Source of the DNA: Acidimicrobiia bacterium
GTDB taxonomy: Bacteria > Actinomycetota > Acidimicrobiia > IMCC26256 > PALSA-610
Length of the DNA stretch: 64,000 nt
NCBI GenBank assembly: GCA_036501845.1
Contig: DASXZO010000108.1
Span: 14,025 to 78,024 of the forward strand
Reading direction: 5' to 3'
Under the pieces are notes generated by a model. The model ran no database searches and was not told the origin of the DNA. It saw nothing but the letters and a program-made list of their open reading frames with translations. Numbering within the stretch: the stretch's first letter is position 1; every line of letters starts with the position of its first letter. The position numbers and the translations under genes were made by a program. This document shows positions 8,451 to 16,889 of this stretch, one piece after another.

Positions 8451-10523
8451 TCAGGTGAGGTGGAGCACGAGCACGGACTCGAACGGCACCTCGTCGGACG
8501 GCAGGGCCGCGCCGTTACCGAGCTCACCGTGTTGGTCCAAACCCCAACAGGTCGCCGAACCCTTGACGATCGCGCAGGTCGCCACACCCTGGGTCACAGC
8601 CGTCGCGGGGCCGGCGACGCCGATGATCTCGGCGGGCGGCCAACCCGCGTCCGAGCCCCAGCAGTTCGGCTCAGCCTCGCGAATCGCGCACGAGACTTCG
8701 TCGCCCACCGACAGCGCGCTCACGCTGGTCATGCCCTGCGCCATCACCGGCGTCGTACGTGGAAGGGCGGAATGCGTGTCGCCGAGCTCACCATCGGCGT
8801 CGTAGCCCCAGCAGAACACTGCTCCGGCCTGGCTCAACGCGCAGGCGAATCCTGGTCCCGCGCCAACGCTGTGTACGCCGCCGCCGAGATGCAACACGGT
8901 GACGGGAACGAGCGACGCAGTCATGTTGCCGTTACCGAGTTGGCCCGCGTCGTTGCCGCCCCAACAGCGCGCCGCGCCGTGCACCACGGCGCACGAGGCC
9001 CGGCCACCCGCGGCCACTGACGTCACATTGGCAGTCAGCCCCGCGACCGGCACGGGCACGGCGCTCGACGTGGTCGTCCCGTTGCCGAGCTCGCCTTCGC
9101 CGTTGTAACCCCAGCACTTCGCGGCTCCGGAAACGACCGCGCACGTGTGCTCGGTACCTCTGTAGTAATCGCTCATCGCGATGGCGCTCACACCGGCGCC
9201 GAGGCCGGCGACCGGAATGGGCCCGTCGCGATTTGCAGTGGAGCCGTCACCGAGCTGGCCATGGTTGTTCAGGCCCCAGCACCATGCAGCGTCGCGGACG
9301 ATCGCGCACGTGTCGTCGAAGCCGGCGACGACCGAGGTCGCGCCCGCAGGGAGCCCGCGCACGGACACCGGCAATGCGCTCGAGCGGTTGCTCCCGTCGC
9401 CGAGCTCACCGAAGCGATTGTCGCCCCAGCACTTCACGGCGCCCGACACGATGGCGCAGCCGTGTTCGGCGCCCGCCGCGATCGCGGTGGGATACGGCGG
9501 CGGCGCCGGCGGCATGTGCGCGGTGTCAGTCCAGATCGGCGGCGACACGCCGGGGGCGTACCAGAAGATCTGATCGTGGCCGAGACCCGAGAAGTCGCCG
9601 ACCAGCGGGTCGTACGTGCCGCGTACATCGGTACGCATGCGGATGGAGCCACCGCTGTTGCCGCTCCAGAAGTAGTCCGGCGCGCTTCCCGGCCCGTACC
9701 AGAGCACGCCTCGGCCGTTGCCGCCGCTGAAGCGGACTGCCCGGCCCACGAGGTCGTCGCCCGGCGTGAGGTCGCGGTGCACCGAGAACACGCCGCGCTG
9801 GTTGGTGCCGTACACGTACGGGGCCAGGAACGAGCCGGGCACGTACAGGATCGCGTCGTCGAAGCCGTTGCCGTCGATGTCGCCTTCGATCGGCTGCACT
9901 GCGTGGCCCGGTCCGCCAATCGCCCACACGATGCCGCGCACGTCGAATGACACGGGCGTGAAGGCGCCGGGCCCGGCGCCGTACCAGATCTCGTTGGTCG
10001 ACTGGTGCGAGTCGAACCACCAGATGTCGCTGTGGCCGTCGCCATCGAAGTCGCCCACGATCGGCGTGTAGCTGCCGAACACCGGCTCTTGTTCTGCAGT
10101 GAACTGTTTGAACTGGCTGCCATACCAGACGTAGTCGCTCGCGCGCCCTGGCGCGTACCAGAAGATGTCGCTACAACCGTCGCCGTCGAAGTCACCTGCC
10201 ACGGGCGTGTACACGCTGTTCACCGCGTAGTCGTGGCTGACGAAGCCGTTCCTCGTGCTGTACCACACGAAGTCCTGGGCGCTACCGGGCGCGTACCAGA
10301 AGATGTCGTCGCGGCCGTTGCAGTCGAAGTCGCCGACGATCGGGATGTACCGGCCGCGTACCACCGCGTCGGCGGGCAACCCGGCCGCGACAGCGCGCCG
10401 AGGCGCCGCGGCACTTCGTTGCGCGAACGGGTTGCTCGTGACCGACGCACGCGCGAGCGACGGCGTGCATCCGATCAGCGCCCCGACGATCACTGCGATG
10501 AACGCGTGTCGCAAGCCCCTCAC
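8451..10523 (-). CDS. Lipoprotein with N-terminal FG-GAP/VCBS-like repeats and C-terminal RCC1 (BLIP-II) repeats
   Basis: 690 aa. Signal peptide plus lipobox (ALIGC). About six repeats of GDFDGDGxxDIFWYAPG..D(Y/F)VWY, a PPAPPPYP linker, then seven repeats of ..CA(I/V)V.GAxxCWGxNxxG(E/Q)LG(D/N)G... Confidence 0.75.
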   Translation of the reverse strand: MRGLRHAFIAVIVGALIGCTPSLARASVTSNPFAQRSAAAPRRAVAAGLPADAVVRGRYIPIVGDFDCNGRDDIFWYAPGSAQDFVWYSTRNGFVSHDYAVNSVYTPVAGDFDGDGCSDIFWYAPGRASDYVWYGSQFKQFTAEQEPVFGSYTPIVGDFDGDGHSDIWWFDSHQSTNEIWYGAGPGAFTPVSFDVRGIVWAIGGPGHAVQPIEGDIDGNGFDDAILYVPGSFLAPYVYGTNQRGVFSVHRDLTPGDDLVGRAVRFSGGNGRGVLWYGPGSAPDYFWSGNSGGSIRMRTDVRGTYDPLVGDFSGLGHDQIFWYAPGVSPPIWTDTAHMPPAPPPYPTAIAAGAEHGCAIVSGAVKCWGDNRFGELGDGSNRSSALPVSVRGLPAGATSVVAGFDDTCAIVRDAAWCWGLNNHGQLGDGSTANRDGPIPVAGLGAGVSAIAMSDYYRGTEHTCAVVSGAAKCWGYNGEGELGNGTTTSSAVPVPVAGLTANVTSVAAGGRASCAVVHGAARCWGGNDAGQLGNGNMTASLVPVTVLHLGGGVHSVGAGPGFACALSQAGAVFCWGYDADGELGDTHSALPRTTPVMAQGMTSVSALSVGDEVSCAIREAEPNCWGSDAGWPPAEIIGVAGPATAVTQGVATCAIVKGSATCWGLDQHGELGNGAALPSDEVPFESVLVLHLT

Positions 10524-10542
10524 GCCAACGCAGCGTAGGGCG

Positions 10543-11958
10543 TCAGATCGAGTCTGCGATCCAGTTGCCGTGGAAGCCGTAGGGCACGCGGCGCGGGAGC
10601 GTGACGGTGCTTACGGGCGCGCCGGCGAAATCCTGGGCGTCGAGCACCACGAGCTCGCTGTGATCGGTGTTGTCGTCGTGCACGAGACCCATGAGCCAAC
10701 CGCCGTCCTCGGCATCGGCGCGGTCGGGATCGGCGACGAACACGAACTCGCCGGCGTGGCGACCGGCACCGAAGTCGTGATCCTCACGTGCGCCTTTGGC
10801 GAAATCGCGCTTGTAGATCTTTGTGTTCGAGAACACCGAGTCTTGGGCGCCCATGCCGGTGGCGATCGTGTAGCCGTAGCGGTGACGCGTGCCGAGCAGC
10901 GACTCGTTGACGCGACAGAACTCCTGCGGCGCGTCGTCGAGCATCTCGGGCTTCACCACACCCGCAGTCGGATCAATCGTCCAGCGTTCGAGCGTGAGCT
11001 TGCTCGGCAACGGCGCGGGTCCAACTGCGAGATCGGACATCTTCGGGATGTCGACCACGATCGTGCCGTCGTCGGCTTCGTAGGCATTCATCGGGTGGAA
11101 GCAGTAACAGGTTTCGGTGTCGAACCAGCGGATGTCGTTACTGTCGCCGTCGCGTGGCAGCACGCCGACGCGCGCCGGCAGGTCGTTGCGCCAACGGAAC
11201 GGGAACCCCTGCGCGGCGGCAACCTCGAGGTCGAACACGTACGGCTGGTCGAAGAACAGCGCGTAGTGCTCGGTGATCGCGAAGTCGTGCATCGACACAG
11301 GCCGCGGGAGGTCGATCGGCACGCTGCGCGTCACGGCACCACTCGCGTCGACCACGTGGAAGTACAGATACGGCGCCTCCCACCAGTACGAGAAGCCCAC
11401 GAGCTCGTGCGTGCGCGGGTCGATCTTGGGGTGCGCGGTCATGCCGTGCGGCAACGCGCCGGTTGCTCCACCCCCGCTCGCCTGCGGCTCGCGCCCCGAG
11501 GGGCTCCCGTCGAATCGGCCAATCGTGTCGAGGTCGGGCGTGAGCTCGTAGGGATACGCGCCTTCGGTGAGCGAGAGGATGCGGTCGCCGAAACCGAGCA
11601 CGTTGGTGTTGCTCATGTCGTACATCGGCTGCGCGGGCCCCGGGCGGTGCGGCTCACCGAGCGCGTCGGCCACCGGGTCGGTGCGCACCCAGCGGTTGCG
11701 ATACCACTCGGCCCGGCCGTCGCGGATGCGAACGCCGTGGATCATGCCCTCGCCCAGGAACCAGTGGTAGGGCTCGGCCGGCGTGCCGTGCGGGTTGGGA
11801 CCGGTGCGGAAGTAGCGGCCGGAGAGCGCCTCGGGCAAGCGCCCGCTCATGGGGAGCTCGGTGGCGCTGATCTCGTCGGACACCGGGGCGTAGTTGCCGG
11901 CGAGGTAGGGGTTCGCGCCAGAGGAGTTCGGCAACGGGTTCGGTGCTGTCATCGTCAT
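10543..11958 (-). CDS. Carotenoid/apocarotenoid cleavage oxygenase (RPE65/CCO family)
   Basis: 471 aa. Contains NPYLAGNYAPV, YFRTGPNP, HWFLGEGMIHG, TAHPKIDP, SMHDFAITE and CFHPMNAYE, the CCO His-containing blocks. Confidence 0.85.
   Translation of the reverse strand: MTMTAPNPLPNSSGANPYLAGNYAPVSDEISATELPMSGRLPEALSGRYFRTGPNPHGTPAEPYHWFLGEGMIHGVRIRDGRAEWYRNRWVRTDPVADALGEPHRPGPAQPMYDMSNTNVLGFGDRILSLTEGAYPYELTPDLDTIGRFDGSPSGREPQASGGGATGALPHGMTAHPKIDPRTHELVGFSYWWEAPYLYFHVVDASGAVTRSVPIDLPRPVSMHDFAITEHYALFFDQPYVFDLEVAAAQGFPFRWRNDLPARVGVLPRDGDSNDIRWFDTETCYCFHPMNAYEADDGTIVVDIPKMSDLAVGPAPLPSKLTLERWTIDPTAGVVKPEMLDDAPQEFCRVNESLLGTRHRYGYTIATGMGAQDSVFSNTKIYKRDFAKGAREDHDFGAGRHAGEFVFVADPDRADAEDGGWLMGLVHDDNTDHSELVVLDAQDFAGAPVSTVTLPRRVPYGFHGNWIADSI
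11465..11506 (-). repeat. Family R repeat, copy 2 (sense with respect to the oxygenase gene, in frame)
   Basis: The reverse complement reads GAGCCCCTCGGGGCGCGAGCCGCAGGCGAGCGGGGGTGGAGC. It is 40/42 identical to 43181..43222 while the flanks are unrelated. Confidence 0.8.
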
Positions 11959-11966
11959 GGCAGTTG

Positions 11967-11981
11967 TATAACACTGTTATA
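11967..11981. promoter_or_regulatory. Perfect AT-rich palindrome TATAACA-C-TGTTATA in the oxygenase/ECF-transporter divergent spacer
   Basis: Read directly from the sequence. It is the only AT-rich stretch in the 57-nt spacer. A TAGAGT -10-like hexamer at 12001..12006 lies 9 nt before the GTG at 12016. Confidence 0.6.
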
Positions 11982-12015
11982 GGCGACGGTCAACCCCCGG
12001 TAGAGTGCGCTCGCG

Positions 12016-13146
12016 GTGTTGGAACCCACCCGTCCCCGCTTGCACGCGCTCACCTGGACGGTGTGGATGCTCGCCGCTGCGGCCTGCGTGCAGCTGGCGC
12101 CGAGCCCGGTGTACGTGACCGTGGTGATCTTCGTGTCGGTGCTCGTCGTGGAAGTGCACGGACGGCGTTCGGCGCTCGCACGCGCCTTCCCGCTGATGGT
12201 GATGCTCGCGAGCGCCTTCGGCTTGGTGCGCGTGCTCATCACCGCGCTCACCACGCATTCCACCGGCGACGTCGTGTTGCTCACCATTCCGGTGCACGTC
12301 GCGCTCCCCAACTGGCTCGGCGGTTTCACCATCGGCGGCACGGTCGAGCGCGGCCCGGTGCTGCAGTCGCTGGCCGACGCCTACTGGGTGGTGGGCTTCG
12401 TCACGGTGTTCGCGGCGTGGAACGCAGTGGTGTCGCATCACGAGGTGCTGCGCGCCGTGCCGCGCGCATTCCACGAACCCGCGCTGGTCGTCACAGTGGC
12501 AATCGCGTTCGTGCCGTCGACGATTGCCGCCGTGCGCGACGCGCGCCTCGCCGAGCGCGCACGTTGCGGCATGCAACCGCGGCGGCGCGGCCGGTTGCGA
12601 CGCCTTGTGATCCCCGTGTTCGAAGGCGGCATCGAGCGCGCCATCAACCTCGCCGAGTCGATGGATTCGCGTGGTCTCGGCCACGGCAAGCCCGAACGCG
12701 CCGAGGCTGCCGCGGGGTGGTCGGTGCTGCTCGCGTTGCTCGCGTTCACCGGCGGCTTCGTCGCGCTCGTCAGCAACGCCACCACCGCGGCCTACGGCGC
12801 GTTCACATTCGGCGCGGTTGCGTTCGGGGCGGCCGTTGTGGTGGCGTCGCGCGGGCATCGGCGCGCGCGCTACCGGCCCCGCCCGATCAAGGCACTCGAC
12901 GTGGTGGTGATCGCCGGCGCGTTGCTCACCACCACCGCGGCCGCGCTCCTCGCTTCGTCACGCAGTGCCACACTCCACTGGTCGTCGTTCGCGCCGCTGC
13001 ACGCACCCACGATCGACCTCACGATGGTGGCGGTGTTCGCGTCGCTCGCTTTCCCCGTGCTCGCCACGTGGACGCTGGAGCGCGTGCGTGCGGTGCAACC
13101 TTCCGATTCGCCCGCTCTCGACCGCACCGTGAGCGCGCCGGCATGA
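12016..13146 (+). CDS. ECF transporter transmembrane (T) component, CbiQ family
   Basis: 376 aa, polytopic. The conserved cytoplasmic Arg-rich coupling region is present (AAVRDARLAERARC.., ERAINLAESMDSRG). It is directly followed by the fused ECF ATPase. Confidence 0.75.
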   Translation: MLEPTRPRLHALTWTVWMLAAAACVQLAPSPVYVTVVIFVSVLVVEVHGRRSALARAFPLMVMLASAFGLVRVLITALTTHSTGDVVLLTIPVHVALPNWLGGFTIGGTVERGPVLQSLADAYWVVGFVTVFAAWNAVVSHHEVLRAVPRAFHEPALVVTVAIAFVPSTIAAVRDARLAERARCGMQPRRRGRLRRLVIPVFEGGIERAINLAESMDSRGLGHGKPERAEAAAGWSVLLALLAFTGGFVALVSNATTAAYGAFTFGAVAFGAAVVVASRGHRRARYRPRPIKALDVVVIAGALLTTTAAALLASSRSATLHWSSFAPLHAPTIDLTMVAVFASLAFPVLATWTLERVRAVQPSDSPALDRTVSAPA

Positions 13147-14747
13147 GCACGCTCACCTACGAGGCGGTTCGCTACACCTATGGCGAGGCACCCGGCCCCG
13201 CGCTCGACCACGTCGAGCTCGCGGTGGGCGACGGCGAGCTCGTGCTGGTGGTGGGGGGCTCCGGCTCGGGCAAGAGCACGATGCTGCGCGCCGCCAACGG
13301 CATCGTGCCGCACCTCACGGGGGGCACCTTCGCGGGCACCGTGCGCGTGGCGGGCCGATCGACGCGTGAGTACCCCCCGCGCAAGCTCGCCGACGTCGTG
13401 GGGTTCGTGCACCAGGATCCGGAATCGCAGTTCGTGGTCGACCACGTGGAGAGCGACGTGGCGTTCGTGGTCGAGAACCTCGGCTTCGATCCGGCGACGA
13501 TGCGCCGGCGCGTCGAAGAGGCACTCGACGCGCTCGCGATCGCACACCTGCGCGACCGCGAAGCCAGCACGTTGTCGGGCGGCGAGCGGCAACGCGTCGC
13601 GATCGCGGGCGCGCTCGCCGCCGCACCGTCATGCCTCGTGCTCGACGAGCCGACGAGCCAGCTCGATCCGCAGGGCGCAGAAGATGTGCTCGGCGCGCTG
13701 GCGCGGCTCAACACCGACCTTGGCACCACAGTGCTCATCGCCGAGCATCGACTCGACCGCGCCGCCCCACTCGCCGATCGCTGCGTGATGCTCGACGCCG
13801 GCCGGGTGGTCGCCGATGGCACACCTCAGCAATCTCTCGCTGGATACGACGGCGCGCCGGTGGTGCTGCAGCTCGCGCGGGCGCTCGGCTGGACGCCGTT
13901 GCCACTGACCGTGAAACAGGCCCGCCTGCTCGCGGCGCAGTGGCCGCCTGCGAATGAGATCGCCGTGCCCGGCGCGCGTTTCGACGGTGGCGACCACACC
14001 GCGCCCGCACCGGGCGAAGCCATCGTGCGCGCGCGTGGCGTGCACGTCCGCTACGGCGCGTCCACTGCGGTGCACGACGTCGACTGCGAGCTACGCGCCG
14101 GCGAAGTGGTGGCGCTGCTCGGCCGCAACGGCTCGGGCAAGAGCACACTCCTGCGTGCGCTCGCGGGGCTGCAGCGCCTCGGCCGCGGCTCGGTGGAGGT
14201 GTCGCAGGGCGAGCGCGTCGCCTACGTGCCGCAAGACCCCAACGCGCTGCTCTCGGCGCCCACCGTGCGGGCCGAGATCGACGCGACCCTCCGCCTGCTC
14301 GACCGCGATCGACGCGCCGGCACCGCCGAACAGTGGATCGAGCGGCTCGCGCTCGGTGATCTCGTCGACCGTCATCCGCGCACCTTGTCGGGCGGCGAAC
14401 GCCAACGGCTTGCGATCGCCGCGGTCGCGGTGGGCGGCGCGCGCGCGTTGCTGCTCGACGAGCCGACTCGCGGCATGGACGCGGCATCGCGCACTGCGCT
14501 CGAACGTGCGATCCGCGAGCACGCCGACGGGGGCGGCGCGGTGATGCTGGCCACTCACGACGTGGAGCTCGCGTCGCGCGTGGCCACGCGCGTGGTCGTG
14601 CTCGGTGACGGCGACATCGTGGCCGACGGGCCGGCGCGGCGCGTGCTCGCCGGATCGTTGTTCGCCCCGCAGACGTTGCGCGTCCTCCCGCCGCTCCTCA
14701 CCGTCGACGAAGCCGTTGCATGGGCCAGCGCCGGAGTGGCGCGATGA
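13143..14747 (+). CDS. ECF transporter fused double ATPase (EcfA-EcfA')
   Basis: ATG at 13143 overlaps the T-component stop (ATGA). Two Walker A motifs (GGSGSGKST, GRNGSGKST), two LSGGERQR signatures and two Walker B motifs (LVLDEPT, LLLDEPT). The ORF-track N-terminal extension (11943..) is an Arg-rich artefact. Confidence 0.9.
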   Translation: MSTLTYEAVRYTYGEAPGPALDHVELAVGDGELVLVVGGSGSGKSTMLRAANGIVPHLTGGTFAGTVRVAGRSTREYPPRKLADVVGFVHQDPESQFVVDHVESDVAFVVENLGFDPATMRRRVEEALDALAIAHLRDREASTLSGGERQRVAIAGALAAAPSCLVLDEPTSQLDPQGAEDVLGALARLNTDLGTTVLIAEHRLDRAAPLADRCVMLDAGRVVADGTPQQSLAGYDGAPVVLQLARALGWTPLPLTVKQARLLAAQWPPANEIAVPGARFDGGDHTAPAPGEAIVRARGVHVRYGASTAVHDVDCELRAGEVVALLGRNGSGKSTLLRALAGLQRLGRGSVEVSQGERVAYVPQDPNALLSAPTVRAEIDATLRLLDRDRRAGTAEQWIERLALGDLVDRHPRTLSGGERQRLAIAAVAVGGARALLLDEPTRGMDAASRTALERAIREHADGGGAVMLATHDVELASRVATRVVVLGDGDIVADGPARRVLAGSLFAPQTLRVLPPLLTVDEAVAWASAGVAR

Positions 14748-15553
14748 GTGCCGCGACGATTCCCGCGACCGAGCGGCGCGCACCGTTCCGGCCGGTCGCC
14801 GTGTACCTGCTCACCGCAGTGGTGGGCATCGTGGCGTTCGCCTGGCCGTTCTGGCTCACCAACGACTCGCTCGCCGGCACCGACCACTCCGGTGACGCCT
14901 GGTTGTGGGCGAGCCTGCTCGGCCTCATCGTGGTGGGCGCGGTGCTGCTCGAAGTGGTCGAGGGCACCATGAACGGGGCGACGATCGCGGTGCTCGGCGT
15001 GCTCGCGAGCATGAACGGGTTGCTGCGCCTGCTCGACCTGCCGGGCGGCGGCAACGCCATGTTCTTCCTCACGATCCTCGCCGCCGCGGTACTCGGACCG
15101 CGCCGCGGGCTACTCCTCGGACTCACTGCGATGGCCGCGTCGGCAGTGATCACCGCGGGGATCGGCCCGTGGCTGCCGTACCAGATGCTCGGGCTGGGTG
15201 CGATCGGCGCGGCCGCGGGGTGGATGGGCATCGCCATCGAACGCACGGCGCTGCGCACGCAGGTGCTCATCCTCGCGGCGTTCGGCTGGTGCGCCGCGTT
15301 CGGTTACGGCGCGCTCATGAACCTGTGGACGTGGCCGCTGATCCGCGACGGCGGCGCCTTGAGCTACGCGCCCGGCCTCGGGTTCTTCGGCACGCTGCAC
15401 CGCTATTGGACGTTCTACATGGCCACGTCGTTCGCGTGGGATGCCGCCGGAGCACTCGCCAACGCGGTGCTACTCGTGCTCGTGGGCGCGCCGATCTTGC
15501 GCTGCCTGCGCCGGATCCGCCACCGCGTCTCGCCTTCTACTGTGTGGGCGTGA
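14744..15553 (+). CDS. Polytopic membrane protein, probable ECF substrate-capture (S) component, substrate unknown
   Basis: ATG at 14744 overlaps the ATPase stop (ATGA). 269 aa with about 6-7 hydrophobic helices. The call rests on position in the ECF operon. Confidence 0.5.
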   Translation: MSAATIPATERRAPFRPVAVYLLTAVVGIVAFAWPFWLTNDSLAGTDHSGDAWLWASLLGLIVVGAVLLEVVEGTMNGATIAVLGVLASMNGLLRLLDLPGGGNAMFFLTILAAAVLGPRRGLLLGLTAMAASAVITAGIGPWLPYQMLGLGAIGAAAGWMGIAIERTALRTQVLILAAFGWCAAFGYGALMNLWTWPLIRDGGALSYAPGLGFFGTLHRYWTFYMATSFAWDAAGALANAVLLVLVGAPILRCLRRIRHRVSPSTVWA

Positions 15554-16335
15554 CTACTCCGTCGCACATCGCCGTCGACGACTCGACGCCGATCGTGCGG
15601 GTGATGCTCGACGAGCCGGCCCGGCGCAACCCGCTCTCGCTGGCGACGATGCGCGAGCTCATCACCACGCTCGAGACCATCGACACCACGCACGCGCGCG
15701 TGGTGGTGCTCGGCGGGAACGGACCGGCGTTCAGCGCCGGCCACGACCTCGGCGAGATCGCAGGCATCGAGCACGACGGCGACTACACGGAGCTCTTCGA
15801 TACGTGCGTCGCTTTGATGCGCACGATCCATCGCATCGCGCAACCCGTGATCGCGCGCGTCCACGGGGTGGCCACCGCGGCGGGCTGTCAGCTGGTTGCG
15901 GGCTGCGACCTCGCCGTGTGCACCGACACTGCTCGCTTTGCCACTCCGGGAGTGAACATCGGGCTGTTCTGCTCGACGCCGATGGTGCCGCTCACGCGAG
16001 CGGTCGGGCGCAAGCGCAGCATGGCGATGCTGCTCACCGGCGAGATGATCGACGCAGCCACCGCTCGCGAATGGGGGCTCGTGAACGAAGTGGTGCCGGA
16101 AGATGCGCTCGATGATGCCGTCGGTCGGCTCGCCGGTCGCATCGTGCAGGCAAGTGGCGAAGTGGTCGCGCTCGGCAAGCGCACGTTCTGGGAGCAACTC
16201 GAGGTGGGCGAGTCGGAGGCCTACGCGCTCACTGCGCCGGTGATGGCCCGCAACGCCACGCTCGCGGACGCGCGCGAGGGCATCGACGCGTTCCTGCACA
16301 AGCGCACGCCCGATTGGCCGTCAGCGCAGGTGTGA
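15550..16335 (+). CDS. Enoyl-CoA hydratase/isomerase (crotonase) family protein
   Basis: GTG at 15550 overlaps the upstream TGA (GTGA). Contains ARRNPLS, GPAFSAGHDL, VHGVATAAGCQLVAGCDL and EGIDAFLHKRTPDW. Confidence 0.85.
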   Translation: MTTPSHIAVDDSTPIVRVMLDEPARRNPLSLATMRELITTLETIDTTHARVVVLGGNGPAFSAGHDLGEIAGIEHDGDYTELFDTCVALMRTIHRIAQPVIARVHGVATAAGCQLVAGCDLAVCTDTARFATPGVNIGLFCSTPMVPLTRAVGRKRSMAMLLTGEMIDAATAREWGLVNEVVPEDALDDAVGRLAGRIVQASGEVVALGKRTFWEQLEVGESEAYALTAPVMARNATLADAREGIDAFLHKRTPDWPSAQV

Positions 16336-16833
16336 GTCACCTTCGGTGACGATGAGCGCGCCCGCGGCTGCGAGCCAGAACACCGCGGCGCACGTGAGCT
16401 CGACTGCCCAGCGCACACCCAGCACGGACGAGTCGAGCACACCGTTCACGATGACCGCGGCAAGGAAGCTCACCGCGCACACGAGCGCGGCGAACAGCCC
16501 GCGGCGCAGCCGCATGTAGAGACCCACGGCGGCAAAGAGCGCGGCCATCCAGAACACGGTCGCGAGCGCGAGCGCGTACAGGCTTCCCGCCACGTCGGCG
16601 TCGCGCGCCACCGGCGCGACGAACCATCCGAGTGCGCAGCACACCGCGCCGACGAGCACGATCGCGATCGCCACGTCGGTGCGCACTTCGTGGACTGCAT
16701 CGGCAGTGCCGAGCGCGCGGGCGCGCGATCGTTCGAGCTGCTCGGCGAGTGCCGGAATCGCGCGGTCGCGCAAGCGAGCCGGCTGCTGCTGATCCTGCGC
16801 CACGTTGTGTTGTCGAACCCGTCGGAGCGGCAC
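16321..16833 (-). CDS. Hypothetical membrane protein
   Basis: 170 aa with four predicted hydrophobic helices after a polar N-terminus. Codon bias is consistent with coding. There is a 15-nt convergent overlap with the crotonase gene. Confidence 0.4.
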   Translation of the reverse strand: MPLRRVRQHNVAQDQQQPARLRDRAIPALAEQLERSRARALGTADAVHEVRTDVAIAIVLVGAVCCALGWFVAPVARDADVAGSLYALALATVFWMAALFAAVGLYMRLRRGLFAALVCAVSFLAAVIVNGVLDSSVLGVRWAVELTCAAVFWLAAAGALIVTEGDSHLR

Positions 16834-16889
16834 TGAAGAGCGGGATGCGGATACCGTCCGGGCCGAACGACCCAGGGAGAGGAACAGCG

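Noticed and set aside
10255-11982. 575-aa plus-strand ORF
   Set aside because: It is entirely antisense to the carotenoid oxygenase, which has unambiguous family motifs. The composition is Arg/Val/His-rich and no motif is present.
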